DNA of 64,000 nt from Iphione sp. A-MEVVRFRX5 (lineage: Eukaryota): contig OZ320315.1 in the NCBI GenBank assembly GCA_976226885.1, positions 54,438,001-54,502,000 of the forward strand, read 5' to 3'. The notes beneath the pieces are model-generated. The model ran no database searches and was not told where the DNA came from. It worked only from the letters and a program-made list of their open reading frames with translations. Both the position numbers and the translations under genes were made by a program. Below are positions 51,341-64,000 of the stretch, piece by piece (position 1 is the stretch's first letter; every line of letters begins with the position of its first letter).

Positions 51341-53477
51341 TTCTCCTTCTCTGGGTGTCTCTCTTAAAGTGTAGCAAGAGAGTGTCTGTTTATTCTTCAG
51401 AACTATTAGCCTTATAAACAGTGACAATTATGTAACACTTGTTTACTGAGTTTGTAATAGATACTGGGAAATTCTCACTCCGGCATTGTTACCAAACTAC
51501 CGGAGGACCAATGCCAAAGCCAGATTACCAGATCCCATCCCAGAATCTGTACCGGGTACTTGTTTTCTTATGATGCAATAACTCCTGTACTAGGCTTGTA
51601 ACCCTCCTGACCTTTGAAAGGAGGCGAACATGCCTGTAACACTTAAATTTCCCTACCGAATGGCAGTGAGAACAAAGAGTGAAATCATGCATGGATGTTT
51701 AGCCTCAATATACAATACGCCCGCTAAATTGTGTCCTCAAACTCCACTATATCGGATACGGATACCATGCTCATACAGGATAGTGCTGTTTATACCCTTA
51801 TCAGGAACATGAAGACAATGAAACCGAAGGTTAAACTGCGCAGTGACTCATTCCAATTTGACCTCATTCCACCAAAACTGTTGTCCGGACAGTGAGATAC
51901 TTTTTTTTCTGAAGGAAGGAAGAAGGAACAGTCTTGTAATACACGCCCCTATTACCCCTGATAAAACCAATATCATTCGTTGAGAAAAGGACATATCACT
52001 AAAAGGTTCCTACGTCTAAGTCCGACTCGTAATGTCCTGAGAATACCACTTTAAGACGCAGTTTTCATCATCCTAATGGCATCTAAATGTAGGTCAGCCA
52101 ATCGAGAGAATGTTGGGATTTGAAAGATGAAGCACCCAGATGCACGTAGAGAAGAGTTGAATTTAGAAGCTGCCCACATGCACTTGTGATTTGTTGCCTG
52201 TAGTGCGGGTGGAAACCTCCCCTTAAAAGCAAAGTTTCATGGAAATATTTCTGTAAATAGTAATTAGGTTAGGCGTGTAGCAGCTGGACTTTTTTCGGAG
52301 CGTGTACGTTGTTCCTTTGTACTAACATTCGTATGAGGATTTTTTTTCTTTGACCTCATTACTGACGGACAGCGCCGGCGGCTTCATTTTGATTGAATTT
52401 TGATAGATTAATTTTAATCCTGCTTTCTGATGTTAAGGCCAATGAAGCAGGATCTGCCGCATAATGCAGACGTCGCCCACCAGGAGATGTGGAGAGCTTT
52501 AGAGTTGAAGGCTTTATGTGATGCCTGCTGCGTACTTGATAGGAATACGGCGAGAGGCGCTCATTATGGAAAGCTGTTGCCTTGTGATGTGTGTAACTAA
52601 GCTCGACCATACAAATTCGAACAAAAGGTTAGTCTATGATATCATATTCACTGGATGGGAGCAGAGAAGTACAGAAAGCTCAGAAGGTAAAATGCACAAA
52701 GGAAGTACAATGTACTCCAAGATTAAAGGGTCTCCTTAATGCATGTTCTTCACAGGTGTGACCTTAATCAAAGGGCGGGTTTATTTCTCAGAATAAAATT
52801 AACCTTCTATAACTACCTTTTATAACCTAACACCAAACGGAATAATCCATATCACCAAGTGATCAGCAACATCGGCATCTCTAAAACTGTATTACCGTGA
52901 AAGTCATAGTACAGAAAGTCCTATGCCTGAAAACCTGCTTGGTATACAGCATGTGAAGGACGAGAGGTGCTTTGAATTGGTTAAATCATTGTCACGGCGT
53001 AAATCAGGTTATGGTGGTAACTGTGTTGGATATACGTAAAACATCATAAATATGTCAGCTTTAGATCTATACGTGAGCATGTTTGTTCGCATCGGCCGCC
53101 AATCAGGTAGGGAGAGGGAATGACAGAAATATATGCACAGAACAAGTATCAATCTCTATATATGGACATACGTACTTTTACATTCGTTAACCGAGGGACA
53201 CTTAGAATACATTTGTTTGAAAAATCCTGATTTGGGTAGTTTTGTGATACATGTGTACGTGTGAAAATAATCAAAAATATTCTATTACATCCTAAGACCC
53301 ATTTTCCATACATGCGTTTACACGTGTTCCTCAGCATGTGCCTTCCGTGTGCGTTAACATAAGTTTTACATGCATTTTTGTTTTGCCGCACCATCACACA
53401 TAGGGATGTCTTTTGAGGTGTGTTGTAATCAGTGCGTTCCTGTGTGTGATATGGGAGACACATGGGAGGCACAAGGG

Positions 53478-53760
53478 AGACGAAGGATGAAAAAGGACAA
53501 ATTTGATGCTTAAAGTCGCAACAAATCGCGAAAATGACGGGAAAACTGATGAAAGGGATGAATTTGATGCCTATGCCACAAGAAATGGCAAAAATGATGG
53601 GCAAATTGATGTAAAAGGACGAATTTTAGGCTAAAGGTTGCAAGAAATGGCAAAGATAACAGGGAAAAGTCTAGCCATGGACAGATGTGCATACATGTGT
53701 GTAGATATGCAAAGATCATGCCTAAAAGTGAAGAACTGTGACGAAAAGTGACGAGATAGC
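53478..53760. repeat. Degenerate ~55-60-bp minisatellite
   Basis: Recurrent gatgaaaa.ggacgaatttgatgctaaa..gcaagaaatggcaaaa units. Confidence 0.65.
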
Positions 53761-54083
53761 AATGCATTGGTCACAGGGTGTGCGTGTGTGCATAAAATTA
53801 TTGAACATGTCCCAATAATGAGTACCAGACAGCAAACACACCTCCCACACCCACACTCAAAGGATGACTCACACTGTCACCAACCTGTCCAATAAAAATT
53901 CATGGAAATGCAGCATAACGCACCCAGACACCAATGCAGGTATGGAAACCGGACCTAAATCCTCTTACTAATTTCCGTGTGCTTTCACCTGCAATTCATA
54001 AATGAAAGGACATCACTGTATCTATAGGCAAGTTATGGATATTGTCCATTCATACCAACAAGAGAGTAAAAAGCATGAACAGT

Positions 54084-54420
54084 GGGTGGGGAATTAACTT
54101 AGTGGTAGAGCACTGGTCCACTGATTGAGAGGTCGCAGTTTCAATCCCGGGCTTGGGACTCTTGATCAAGACCAGACAGATTTACTATAGCCCCAACCCA
54201 GAGTAGTCCACAACTCGTAAAAGGCTGTGGATATATAGGATTCTGTCCCCCATGCACAAAATAACCACAAAAACCTATTCGAAGTAAGAGTGGGGACAAC
54301 CCTGGGTATTCTGGTCTCTAAATTCTCAATAATAGATGGTAGTATGCTACTCCAGGAGGATATGGAATAGCTCTATCTTGATGATAGGTGAATTTATTCC
54401 TGGTTTAAGATACAATGAAA
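54084..54420 (+). mobile_element. tRNA-derived SINE with a central domain resembling the Meta core
   Basis: A-box-like TAACTTTAGTGGTAGAGC, B-box-like GTTTCAATCCC, then ccacaactcgtaaaaggctgtggatatataggattctgtc..atgcacaaaataacc..tattcgaagtaagagt. Confidence 0.65.
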
Positions 54421-55815
54421 TATTACAGCAGGCAAATATCTGCTGGTGTTTGAGTACACACATAGCTGCAGTGTCGAGAACCTAAGGTAGCAGGTTTAAC
54501 ACTACAGCCCTAGGTAGGCCTCCTAAGGATTACCAGCTGGTCAAGACCTATGGCCCGGCCTACACGACGCAATATATCTTAGATTCTTGGGGCTGGATTC
54601 GCTCAGGCCTGAGTGTGGGGGGGGCAGAGGGGGGTCATCCCAGGGCCAGGGGGGTCCCGCAGGGTGGGAAAGGGGGCCAACCCTCATGTTCTCTGCTGTA
54701 CCTGCAATCCCGGTAGGTTCTGCACTGTCCGTCCCTCTCAAGGCTCTGTGAATGCCAGTACGAGCTTCACCTGGTTAGTCATTCAGTACAGTTTTCTGAT
54801 GGAAAAACACCATTTACTATAAATGTCTTCTGCCAATTAGACTTGCACAATATCCATCAGCCAGATCTGGCACACAAAAGTAACAAAACTAATTCGGAAA
54901 TGGACTTGAACAACACTTTTATTCACTTCATCAATTAAAGTGACATCAATAAATCACAGGCCACCGGAAATTTCTTCAAATCACTTAACTCAGGTACGAA
55001 AAGACTTAGTACAACCTTCTCTTATATCAAACATGTACGTATTAACATTTCTATGTACATTTGTATGATACTGGATAAAATAAGATCTGGATGACAAGCA
55101 AAAACTGCTGTCGCACTTCATGGCTTTAGGTTGATATTTCCTTTCTGGTAGATACAAATAATTTTATCTAATTTTATACTTACGATATCATGCTGTCTGT
55201 TTATCTCGGCTCTTTTCCCCAAAAGCAACATACTTTAAAAATGAAAATGAACAAATCCCTGAATGTCATACGCACTGCCAGTGCTATCTAGAGTCATTTC
55301 AAAGCGTACCGTAACCTATACATGTACATGTATAATCAATATCCCGAATCCCAGAGATAAGGTGCTTCGGTCGTTCGTCCTGCTTCCCATGGGCGCCCCT
55401 CTACCCTGCCCAACAGTTAACTCCTTCTCACCAGCTCTACCTATTTCGACCGTTTCACAGCATGTGTCAATTCTCATTAACGTAATTTCCGTTTATCTTT
55501 ATTTCTTTAAATTGAACACATGTATCCGTATTTAGAATGACGGCAGTCAACGACGTAAATTCATGCAAACACTAACAAAAGAACTTTAAATGTGTGTAGG
55601 ATGGGACACGGCAAATAACTCCTGTGTGCTGAGGACGCCGTCCGCTATACAGTGTCCATGGGAAAGGCTCTGCTTTGACAGTCCTGAAAAAGAATACATG
55701 CTTTATCAGCATCCGTACGCTAATAATAGGACCACCGACCTTTACAAAATAATTGGTATTTATTCAAGTAAAATATAATAATTGCTGTGTAGATTTCCTT
55801 TCTCATATATATATA

Positions 55816-55994
55816 CAGTGGAGTCTCTATTTCCGACCAGCAGTTGGGTCCGAGCTTAGATGGTTGGAATAGCAAGAATGGTCAGAAATGAGTATTTGTT
55901 GATTATAGAAAACCATAGTTTAGTTCCCAGCTCAAATGGTCGGAATAGCCCGTTTGGTCGGAAATTGATGTGGTCGGAAATAGAGACTCCACTA
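55816..55994. mobile_element. Young Tigger-like MITE (179 bp) inserted in a (TA)n run
   Basis: TIR CAGTGGAGTCTCTATTTCCGACCA is mirrored almost perfectly at the right end; TA flanks. Confidence 0.92.
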
Positions 55995-56639
55995 TATATT
56001 TATACACAGTCAGGATCAACACTTAGGTGAACAAATCTGTATCATGAAAGATACACGAGGGTTAGTCATGGGGAGAGTTGAGGGAATGGGGGCCCGCAAG
56101 GATGAGTTATGTGGACTAACAGGGAAGAGAAGGAACAATGAATTTGATGTGGACACTGAGGGGTAGTTACTGTATACGTGAATCCACAGAAACACTACAC
56201 CATTAGAATCATCACAATGTTTCAAGTCAAGTGCATCCTCCATTTACACATCTGGCGGATTTAGATTGGCTAACTCAGGAGTGTAGAGTCACCTTTAATA
56301 CAGATAAAGCTGTAATGTTATCTCTATATCCACCGCCAAAAATGAATAGGTGTTTGTAGTTTAACATATGATGTTTAGCTGCAGGGCTTAATACCACAGA
56401 TGCTCTGTAATATTTTATATCAAATAAAAGCCATTGGATTACATCTTATTTTGAAAACATAATCATTTCAAAAATGTCAAGAATTAACATTTAATTTATC
56501 ATAATTTACACTACTGGAGGATAAACATTGAAAAATATTGCTCCTAGAAGAAAATGTTCCATTAAGAAAGTGTTCAGCTAGTGATTTCCAGTGTTTTGAT
56601 ACCTAATTTGCCCTAATGTGAAATATTCTATCATGACCT

Positions 56640-57695
56640 GTAAGTACACATGTTTTGTGCAAAAGAGTACATCACTGTATACATCAGCATCACTAATGCA
56701 AATTTAATGCATCATGGGATATATAAAAGAGAAATAATCATCATTAGTTAGAGAATAGTAATCAATATGGCTCATAACAAAATGTGACATCATTTTAAAA
56801 AGACCTCTTCTGTGACATTAACACTGTATCTAGTAGATAGAGGACACCTTCCCCTTCTATTTGCCTTTTGAATTTTTAAAATTGCACAAGTGGTTGTTGA
56901 ATTATACAAGGCTTCATGCCACAAAAAGGGAAGAACTTGGGGAAATATTGTCCCCTAGGAACAATGCAGAAAGCTAACTAAAATGTGGTACTATGATAGA
57001 TTTTCATAAACCTTTTTCTTACTTATGAAACTTCATACACAAAGGCTTTCAGATATGACAAATTCATTGGTAGTATTTTAAAAGTATTTTCATGAACTAT
57101 ACTAGGCTAAGATTACAAAACAAGCAGCCTGATTATGAACAGAGGATATGTAGAGGGGGATAGGTACTTTCATTGATTTCCCACATATCTAATTCATACA
57201 CAATATACACATGTTATGCATCAAACTAAACCTGAAAGACCAGGTGTTCTTATGGTAAATGGGCCTTTCTATTATCTAATATTCCCACTGAGTGCTAATG
57301 AATCAAATCTTTGAAGTATTTTTAAAAATAGAAATATATAAGATAGAAATTTGGGTAAAACTTTATAGGAAAGAGCAGGTTTCATCTACTAGACTGCAAA
57401 TTTTCAAAAACATCATTGAATGGAAAATAGTCAGGCCTTTTAGTCAAAGTTACTATGTATTGTTCAGTTTCAGACCATGATTGAGACAGGAAACCATTAA
57501 GCTGTCAGTGGTGGGGATTTCCCCATCACAATACCGCTCTGCGCACATTGCTAATAAAAGCCATATGTAATAATCAGAAAATATTATGCAATAATTACAT
57601 AGAGTTATGTCTTAATGAAGAAGGTTGGAAGACATTATATGCTACATGTTTAGTATTATTCCCAATAATAGTTCATCAGAAACCTCTGATAAGCT
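56640..57695. repeat. AT-rich dispersed repeat; an inverted, internally deleted relative lies at ~46870-47710
   Basis: ttatgtcttaa..agaaggttggaagacat, tctgataag and catcact..atcatgggata segments match the reverse complement of 46870-46920 and 47430-47710. Confidence 0.7.
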
Positions 57696-58519
57696 AAAGA
57701 ATAAACACACTTTTTGTTTTTGGGAATAACTTGAGAATAATAACATTATCTCAACAGTTATTTAAAGTTTTAATACATAATTGTATTAATATATCCATAA
57801 ACATATGTAAATATGCTAACATTTGAGGTTCTTATCGGTCACATGGATGTTTTTCCATGGTAACCATCTGCTTTTTCAAAAAATTTGGATCTTGTTAGAA
57901 GACATTATCCTCTTGCGATTACCTTAAAAATGCAAAATTAAACACAAATATTAATAAATAGTACAAATCGTGAACAAAGAGAATTGATCCCAAGTGATTG
58001 ATTTCGCATTAGCGGTCGCACTTTCACCTATTAAACAAAACATTGTAAATTTCCATCTGCGCAGAACAGACTCTTTTATCAGTGTTAACATTTTACACGA
58101 AACTGTGAATATATATGTATATCCATCCACGCCAGATGATATTTTGTAAATTACGTCATAGCAATGTTTCATTAACATGCTGGTCCCTGATAGGAATTTT
58201 ATGATTTCTTAATAAATTCATCAAGACCAAACTAAAAAAAGTCCAGTGCAAAGTGTGCAGCCCGTATATTCAAACTGTCTTGTTGTGGCAAAATACAATC
58301 GAGTAAAATCATCAAATTGGCAGAACAGAAGCCAATGGTAGCGATTTTCTTCATTCAACCAAACAAAGCAAGATTTTAGAATAACAAATTCTTTCCAGAT
58401 AGAGTGATATGAACAGGAAACAATCACACAGACGTTTTGAATGTGGGAAATCAATCTGTTGAATATGTTTTTCAAACGACGGGGTTAATAACACTCTTTT
58501 CAATCAAGAAGACTAAGAC

Positions 58520-58615
58520 AGTCTTTCCATGTGTATATAAAAATGCATTGTCATGGTTTCAGATCCTAGTCTTTCCATGTGTATATAAAAATGCATTGTC
58601 ATGGTTTCAGATCCT
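58520..58615. repeat. Perfect 48-bp tandem duplication
   Basis: agtctttccatgtgtatataaaaatgcattgtcatggtttcagatcct x2. Confidence 0.95.
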
Positions 58616-60303
58616 AAAAGTACACAACTATGCATGATATGGAATAGGCCGTTCCATGGATATGTAAGGAAGACAATAAACAAGGACACTTTAAGAGCCA
58701 TGAGGGAGAACTAATTTGGTATGTGATGTATGAATTACACAAAACGGACACGTATCTCTGTGCAGGAAAACTGGTACCCAAGGGATCGACACATAATTCA
58801 CGTCTCACGGCACATTAAATATGCATAGAGGGATATGGTTCTTTATAGTGATCTACTATTTCATGCACTCCAAGAACCAGCAACATGTGATTAAAATATG
58901 TGTGCATGCAAAGACCATAGGCTCAAACCTATTACATGCCACTTTCGCTGTTATTTGTGGATGTCAGTCCACTAAGTTTAATTGAAGGACTGATCTCCAC
59001 TGTAAATAAATCAAAGAGGGTCTAATTTTCAAGCAAGAATTTTTTGTTTGGCTTCAGTTTCAAAACGGGACTCATCTTTCCCTGCACGGTACAGATGATC
59101 ATGTTCAGGGTTTTGCATGAAAGCTTTTAAGCTATAAGGGATTCGCGAAGCCTCTGATGAAATACAGGTATTTCCAATCTTTTAGAATACACATTCAGTA
59201 AAACTTAACTGATTTCAAATATAATCTAAAATGGATTATTTTTGTGGATAGTCTTATGCCAGATACTTAATTCTATTTAAAGTTTCACCATCTTTAGTCT
59301 TTTTGTTTACAGTTACCATCATGAAGAACGAATGGAAAATGAGTTTTAATTTACATTCACGAAGAGAAATGTACTTGAATTAGAGCTACCTTAGTGATGT
59401 GCATGATTTAAACAGATGATGCGCTGCTAGAAAATTTTCCAAGCACCGTGGAGCAAAATTCAAAGCAGTTATTTATGCTAGACGCGTTTTATGATCCATC
59501 TGGAAAAGAATTACACGCAGAGGATGTGTTTAATGAACAAAACGGACTCCTCAAAATGCAATTATGTTTTAAGAATACCGTCTTAATATTCAAAACAAGC
59601 TCGTGATTACGGTTCATTATTCTCATTCCGATGATACAAAATATTAAAAGTTTTTATCTTTTTTATCATTTTTATCTTTGTTGGAAAATTGATTCAAGAC
59701 ATTGAAAACCTTAAGATTTCTTCCCAGACCAGTCTGACACCAAAAGAAACTACCCGTGCATGCATGGTCCCAAAGCATTAAATTTTAGCTGGGTCAAGAG
59801 GGCACTATAAGCTAATAATATAGTTTTCTTAGTTGATTCAAAACAAAAGAACATTTTCATATGCATTATCTGATGCAAATTTCATTCGGTTTAATAATCG
59901 CTTGTTTAAAGTGAAACGTTTAAAGGTAATTCATAACGTTTGTCATCTTTCTTGTTGAATTCTGTAGCAATTATCCCACTAAGTTTATGGCCTTTAAAAT
60001 CTTTTTGGTTAGAGGGAAAGGAAGTATTCTGCAAACCATTAGATACTATAGATGATGGAAGCATACATTTTCACAAGTGCATGTAATATGTACAATAGAA
60101 CAGTCTCGCACAGGGGAAGGGCATGAGCAGTCAACAGTGACATGGATATGTACTTCACAATGGATCATTTTTAATTTCTTTTATATCAATTTTAGTTTAA
60201 CGGTAAGTTGTTTGTAACTATCAATTTGAATTGAGGGAACAGGCGGTTTAATTGCTAGAAGAATCATTTAAAAACGTTGTTCAAATCTCACTTATGTATC
60301 TCT

Positions 60304-61638
60304 TCAAGACTTTCCACTCATACCAACCCTCATAAGTTTCTGCCTGCTACAGAGTGCTATTCCACTGTCATCCATGCCACAGTCCATAAATGACACGTCA
60401 TGGTGGCCGACGCCCGCACTGACGTCATGAACGTCCACAGCAGAATTGCATGTAGAAAGCAAGCGTCGCCAGCGCCGCCTGGCGTGAACTAAAAGGGTGC
60501 AGCGAAAGCCTTTCCACGCCAAAAGAAACACAAAAAAATTGCTGGCAAATTTGGCATTGTAGATGCAGGCAGCCAGGTCCGCGGCGAGCACGCTTTTCAG
60601 CGTCTGATGCTGCGGGCTTGAGACCATGCGTCGGATGGTGAACACTGTCTCAGTGAGTTTCAAGGGTATGTTGAGGGTCAGGTGGGTTATGACAAATGTG
60701 AAATAGAGCTTCCTCACGCCCGCCTCTACGTCACACTCCACGTGCACACTGCGCTGTGGAGGACGGTGGGGACCACGACGTTGACAGAGACCGTCGCGGT
60801 AACACTGCACGGCGCACGTAACGCAAATGGCGACGAGTGCTGTCGTCGGTAAGGCCACGTTAACAAATACGTCCATTTCGCCCAGAAGGCGATGCACGCG
60901 CTCGAAACCCTTCACCGGTAGGCACATCTGGTGCATACCATAGTTCCTTACAGCCACTAGTAGGCTGGTATTGAAAAACACAACGGTGGCAATGACTGCC
61001 AGTACAAGACACACAAGTTTGGCCTTAAACGTCGTACACATGTGACGTTCGGCGTTCGGGTACTTGATGGCGATGAGCATATCGACTGAGTAGCTCACCG
61101 TATACCAGACCGAGAGAAAGGCGCATGCTCTGCCCATAAATGTCGTTGCATGACAGGCAATGCCAATGGTGAATACCGGATAGCCCATGTCGACGAGCCA
61201 TGTGATCAGCAGGTTGAGCAGATAGAAGCAGTCAACAATGGCACAGGCGGCGAGATAGCGTGCGGCTGACAAGGTGGCTATCCTGGTTCGCAGCAAGGCG
61301 AGGATGGAAATCATATTCCCTACAACTCCCAGAGCGATAACACACGGCGTGTAGTAGATGCGCAGCCAGGTTATCAACACATGAAGACGCATCTCTGTAA
61401 TGTCCATCGTCGGCACAGTAAAAGGCACCACTGCGGCCGCTACCTTCACAGTCGAGGCAGTCTGCGCCGCAACCTCGATTGAAGTCGGGTTAACTACAGG
61501 CACTGTTGGAGCCGTCGTATTGGTCGAGTTTGTCTCCGCCATGATCGTGTCCTGACTGTGGCTTTGAAAGATTCGGTCGAAAACGCTGTGCGGATGCGCC
61601 TGGGTCATGTTCTCCACACTAAACCCCATCTTAGTCAT
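60304..61638 (-). CDS. Class A (rhodopsin-like) GPCR, FMRFamide/sex-peptide/TRH-receptor-like orphan, uninterrupted CDS
   Basis: 444-aa ORF with seven hydrophobic segments, N-terminal N-glycosylation sequons (NMT, NST, NTT), GVVGN (TM1), YLAACAIVD (TM2), C..LSVWYTVSYSVDMLIAIKYP (TM3), ECL2 Cys, LP (TM5), NIP (TM6), SNFFVF (TM7) and FR (helix 8). Confidence 0.93.
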   Translation of the reverse strand: MTKMGFSVENMTQAHPHSVFDRIFQSHSQDTIMAETNSTNTTAPTVPVVNPTSIEVAAQTASTVKVAAAVVPFTVPTMDITEMRLHVLITWLRIYYTPCVIALGVVGNMISILALLRTRIATLSAARYLAACAIVDCFYLLNLLITWLVDMGYPVFTIGIACHATTFMGRACAFLSVWYTVSYSVDMLIAIKYPNAERHMCTTFKAKLVCLVLAVIATVVFFNTSLLVAVRNYGMHQMCLPVKGFERVHRLLGEMDVFVNVALPTTALVAICVTCAVQCYRDGLCQRRGPHRPPQRSVHVECDVEAGVRKLYFTFVITHLTLNIPLKLTETVFTIRRMVSSPQHQTLKSVLAADLAACIYNAKFASNFFVFLLAWKGFRCTLLVHARRRWRRLLSTCNSAVDVHDVSAGVGHHDVSFMDCGMDDSGIALCSRQKLMRVGMSGKS

Positions 61639-64000
61639 CAGCAGAGAGACTAATATAATTTGAACCTAGGTGTTCTTTTATACCTTCAGTCACGTTCAAG
61701 TTCTCGCACATCCAAACCTTATCAGTCACAAACTGGCTTAGACCCATTTACTCCTTCAGTCTCCATGCCTTTAGGGTAGAGATGCGAATGTCTCCTAATA
61801 GGTGCAGTATTAATGCTCCTTATTTCGTAGCGGTAATTGTGTAGAGTGGCTTGGCTGGGACTGAACCTAGTCGTAGTCTCTCATGTGCTGCCTAACGCGA
61901 TGCCCACAACATAAATCCCTCTGTATCCAGCAAGGACTGGCACTGCTTCCACATCGACTGCTCTGATGTTACATTCTTGGCGGCGACTACGATGAAAAAA
62001 GAACAAGAAGAAAAATGTTTACATCAATACAGTCACATGAGAATAACGAAAGAGTCAACCAAGGGAACCCCATGAACCATTAATTAGCGTGATGGGCTCA
62101 TTTTGACCTGCTATTCAGGACGATGCTCACTGTATTGAAACTCAGAGCCATGCCACAAGATACTGTCTTTGCAGGAAATCTTTTGTCGCTCGTCTCGAAT
62201 ATGAATAGACATTGGACGGTTTTCAATTTCATCTCCAGTTTGTGTTCATCTTTACTCGTATCATGATTGTTCCCTTATCTCAAATAGGCTGCTCGTGAAA
62301 ACACGGTGATTTATTTTTAAGGACACATACTGTTCTTCATTCGACGTTAACTGCAACAAGATTCCTTTCATATGAACCGCACGTCGTATCGTTAAGTGAT
62401 ATGTCCCATGAATGCCGTAACCATCTGAAGCCGGCATTAAAATCTGGGGGTATCTGTTAAGGCTTAAAGAGACACTTCAAAAAAATAAGAGACAGACCAG
62501 AGGTGCTAAGAACGTATTTGTGGGAAAAAATGCGATACACACTCATATTTTAACCCTATGCTTGAGACCACTTAGATTCCTTTTTCATCATCTTGCAACT
62601 GTTATCCTAGATGTTATTTTTTTTCGTTTTCGTTTCAACCGGTTTGCACAGTAAAGTATATACCAATACATCCTACATGAAAAGGGAAGGAAAGATATCT
62701 AGAGACGGTAGCCTCTTGGATTAAGCCGTGACACTAACAAACCAGTGCAATGCTCTTATGTTTTTTAAAAGCTACCGACGAGGTCCCTATTACGATTTGG
62801 TTTCATTTTCCACAGAAAGGTGTATTAGGATGCCGATGTATTATATATGAAAAGCGAAGATGGAAATGGTAATCTCTAAGGTTACATCCTGACGCCAACA
62901 ATGCGGTGTGTCTCTTTTTGTTGTTGTAAGCGGGCGACTAGGTTGCTATTTCGATTTATGTTGACACTTCATGGACAGAAAATTCTCGTATATGTCTTGA
63001 CATGATTATACAATAAAACACTATAAAGGACAGGTAGTGACTGATCCTAGATACGTCTATTCGTGCACCCGCTGTGTATACATGACTCGATTGGTGGTAC
63101 CTCCTAGACTGATTACCTCGACGCCACAATATCTCGTTACTTTCCACCCGGCCATAAAATTCCTTCATGAAGAGAATATCAGGTTTTACCACTTGGCAGC
63201 GGAGATGATTTCCATCTACTATCCAGTTACCCTTGCATTAATCGGCTGTCGTAAAAGGGGACGTACTAAAGTGACTTCGTCAGCCATGTGAATCGGGGAC
63301 CGCTGCACCTCTTCCGCATAAAATATGCATCCAGTGTGCGGGAAGGACATACCAGGTGACCATACAGCGATGTAAAGTAAACGCCATGATAGTAATGTAA
63401 AAGGAGACAAGCGCCTTTGGCGACTGAAACAGCCAATGTGTGTGTGAGTGGGGGGTGGGGGGGTAGGGGAACTAACATGTCCAGTGATAGGGTTGGTGGT
63501 GGTCGGTTGGGGGCACACACACTTTTACAACCCTTGGTTATGCTTGACTGCGCTTATGTAGTAATACATAGAAACCCTCTTGAACTGAGAGAATAGTTCA
63601 ATGTAATATTCTGTTTTTACTATAAGCACTCATAATCAAAATGAAGTCTACAGAACATGTCTTCCTTTACAATATTTTCACTGATTGCATTAATTAAAAT
63701 ATGAAAAAATTATCTCTCTGTTTTAACTCAAATGTGTATTAGACCTCCTCCCCACTGCTGTACTACTTTTGGGCAATGTTCTATATAGGTAGTGTAACAA
63801 AGGGGGTTCTACATAGAATTGAGAGGGTCCTAACATAATATTAGATTACTGTAGGGAGAACGGGCTCAATAAGGAGAATATCAAATAAATCCTGGGTGCT
63901 AGTGTTTCACATTATAGAAAGGCCAGTAATTATGGGGTATCCCCTATGCTTCGCAGCCGAGTTCCACTAAGTTGAAAGTAACCTTTGATACTGCAATTTG

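Noticed and set aside
53149..53767. 151-aa and 85-aa minus-strand ORFs
   Set aside because: Overlap a minisatellite; repetitive translation without domain signal.

Overview
Eukaryotic (animal, probably marine invertebrate) genomic DNA; no prokaryotic operon, rRNA or CRISPR array is visible. The only clear host gene is an uninterrupted class-A (rhodopsin-like) peptide-type GPCR ORF (60304-61638, -). The rest is a transposon-rich landscape. It holds a young Ty3/Gypsy LTR retrotransposon with open gag and pol (tRNA-Leu PBS, PPT, -1 frameshift signal), a decayed MULE transposase preceded by an HMG-box-like exon, a full-length but disabled pogo/Tigger element, and two related CR1/L2-type LINE relics. 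It also holds a DIRS/Ngaro relic cut by a second Gypsy fragment, a Myb/SANT (Harbinger ORF2-like) relic, CACTA/EnSpm-like termini, tRNA-derived SINEs, MITEs and local duplications. The most unusual observation is a histone H2B C-terminal relic with a histone stem-loop, preceded by short spliceable exons and lying just inside a CCCAGCAGGCACA-type terminus, a candidate transposon-captured, intron-containing H2B variant. All calls come from manual motif reading; boundaries of decayed elements are approximate.
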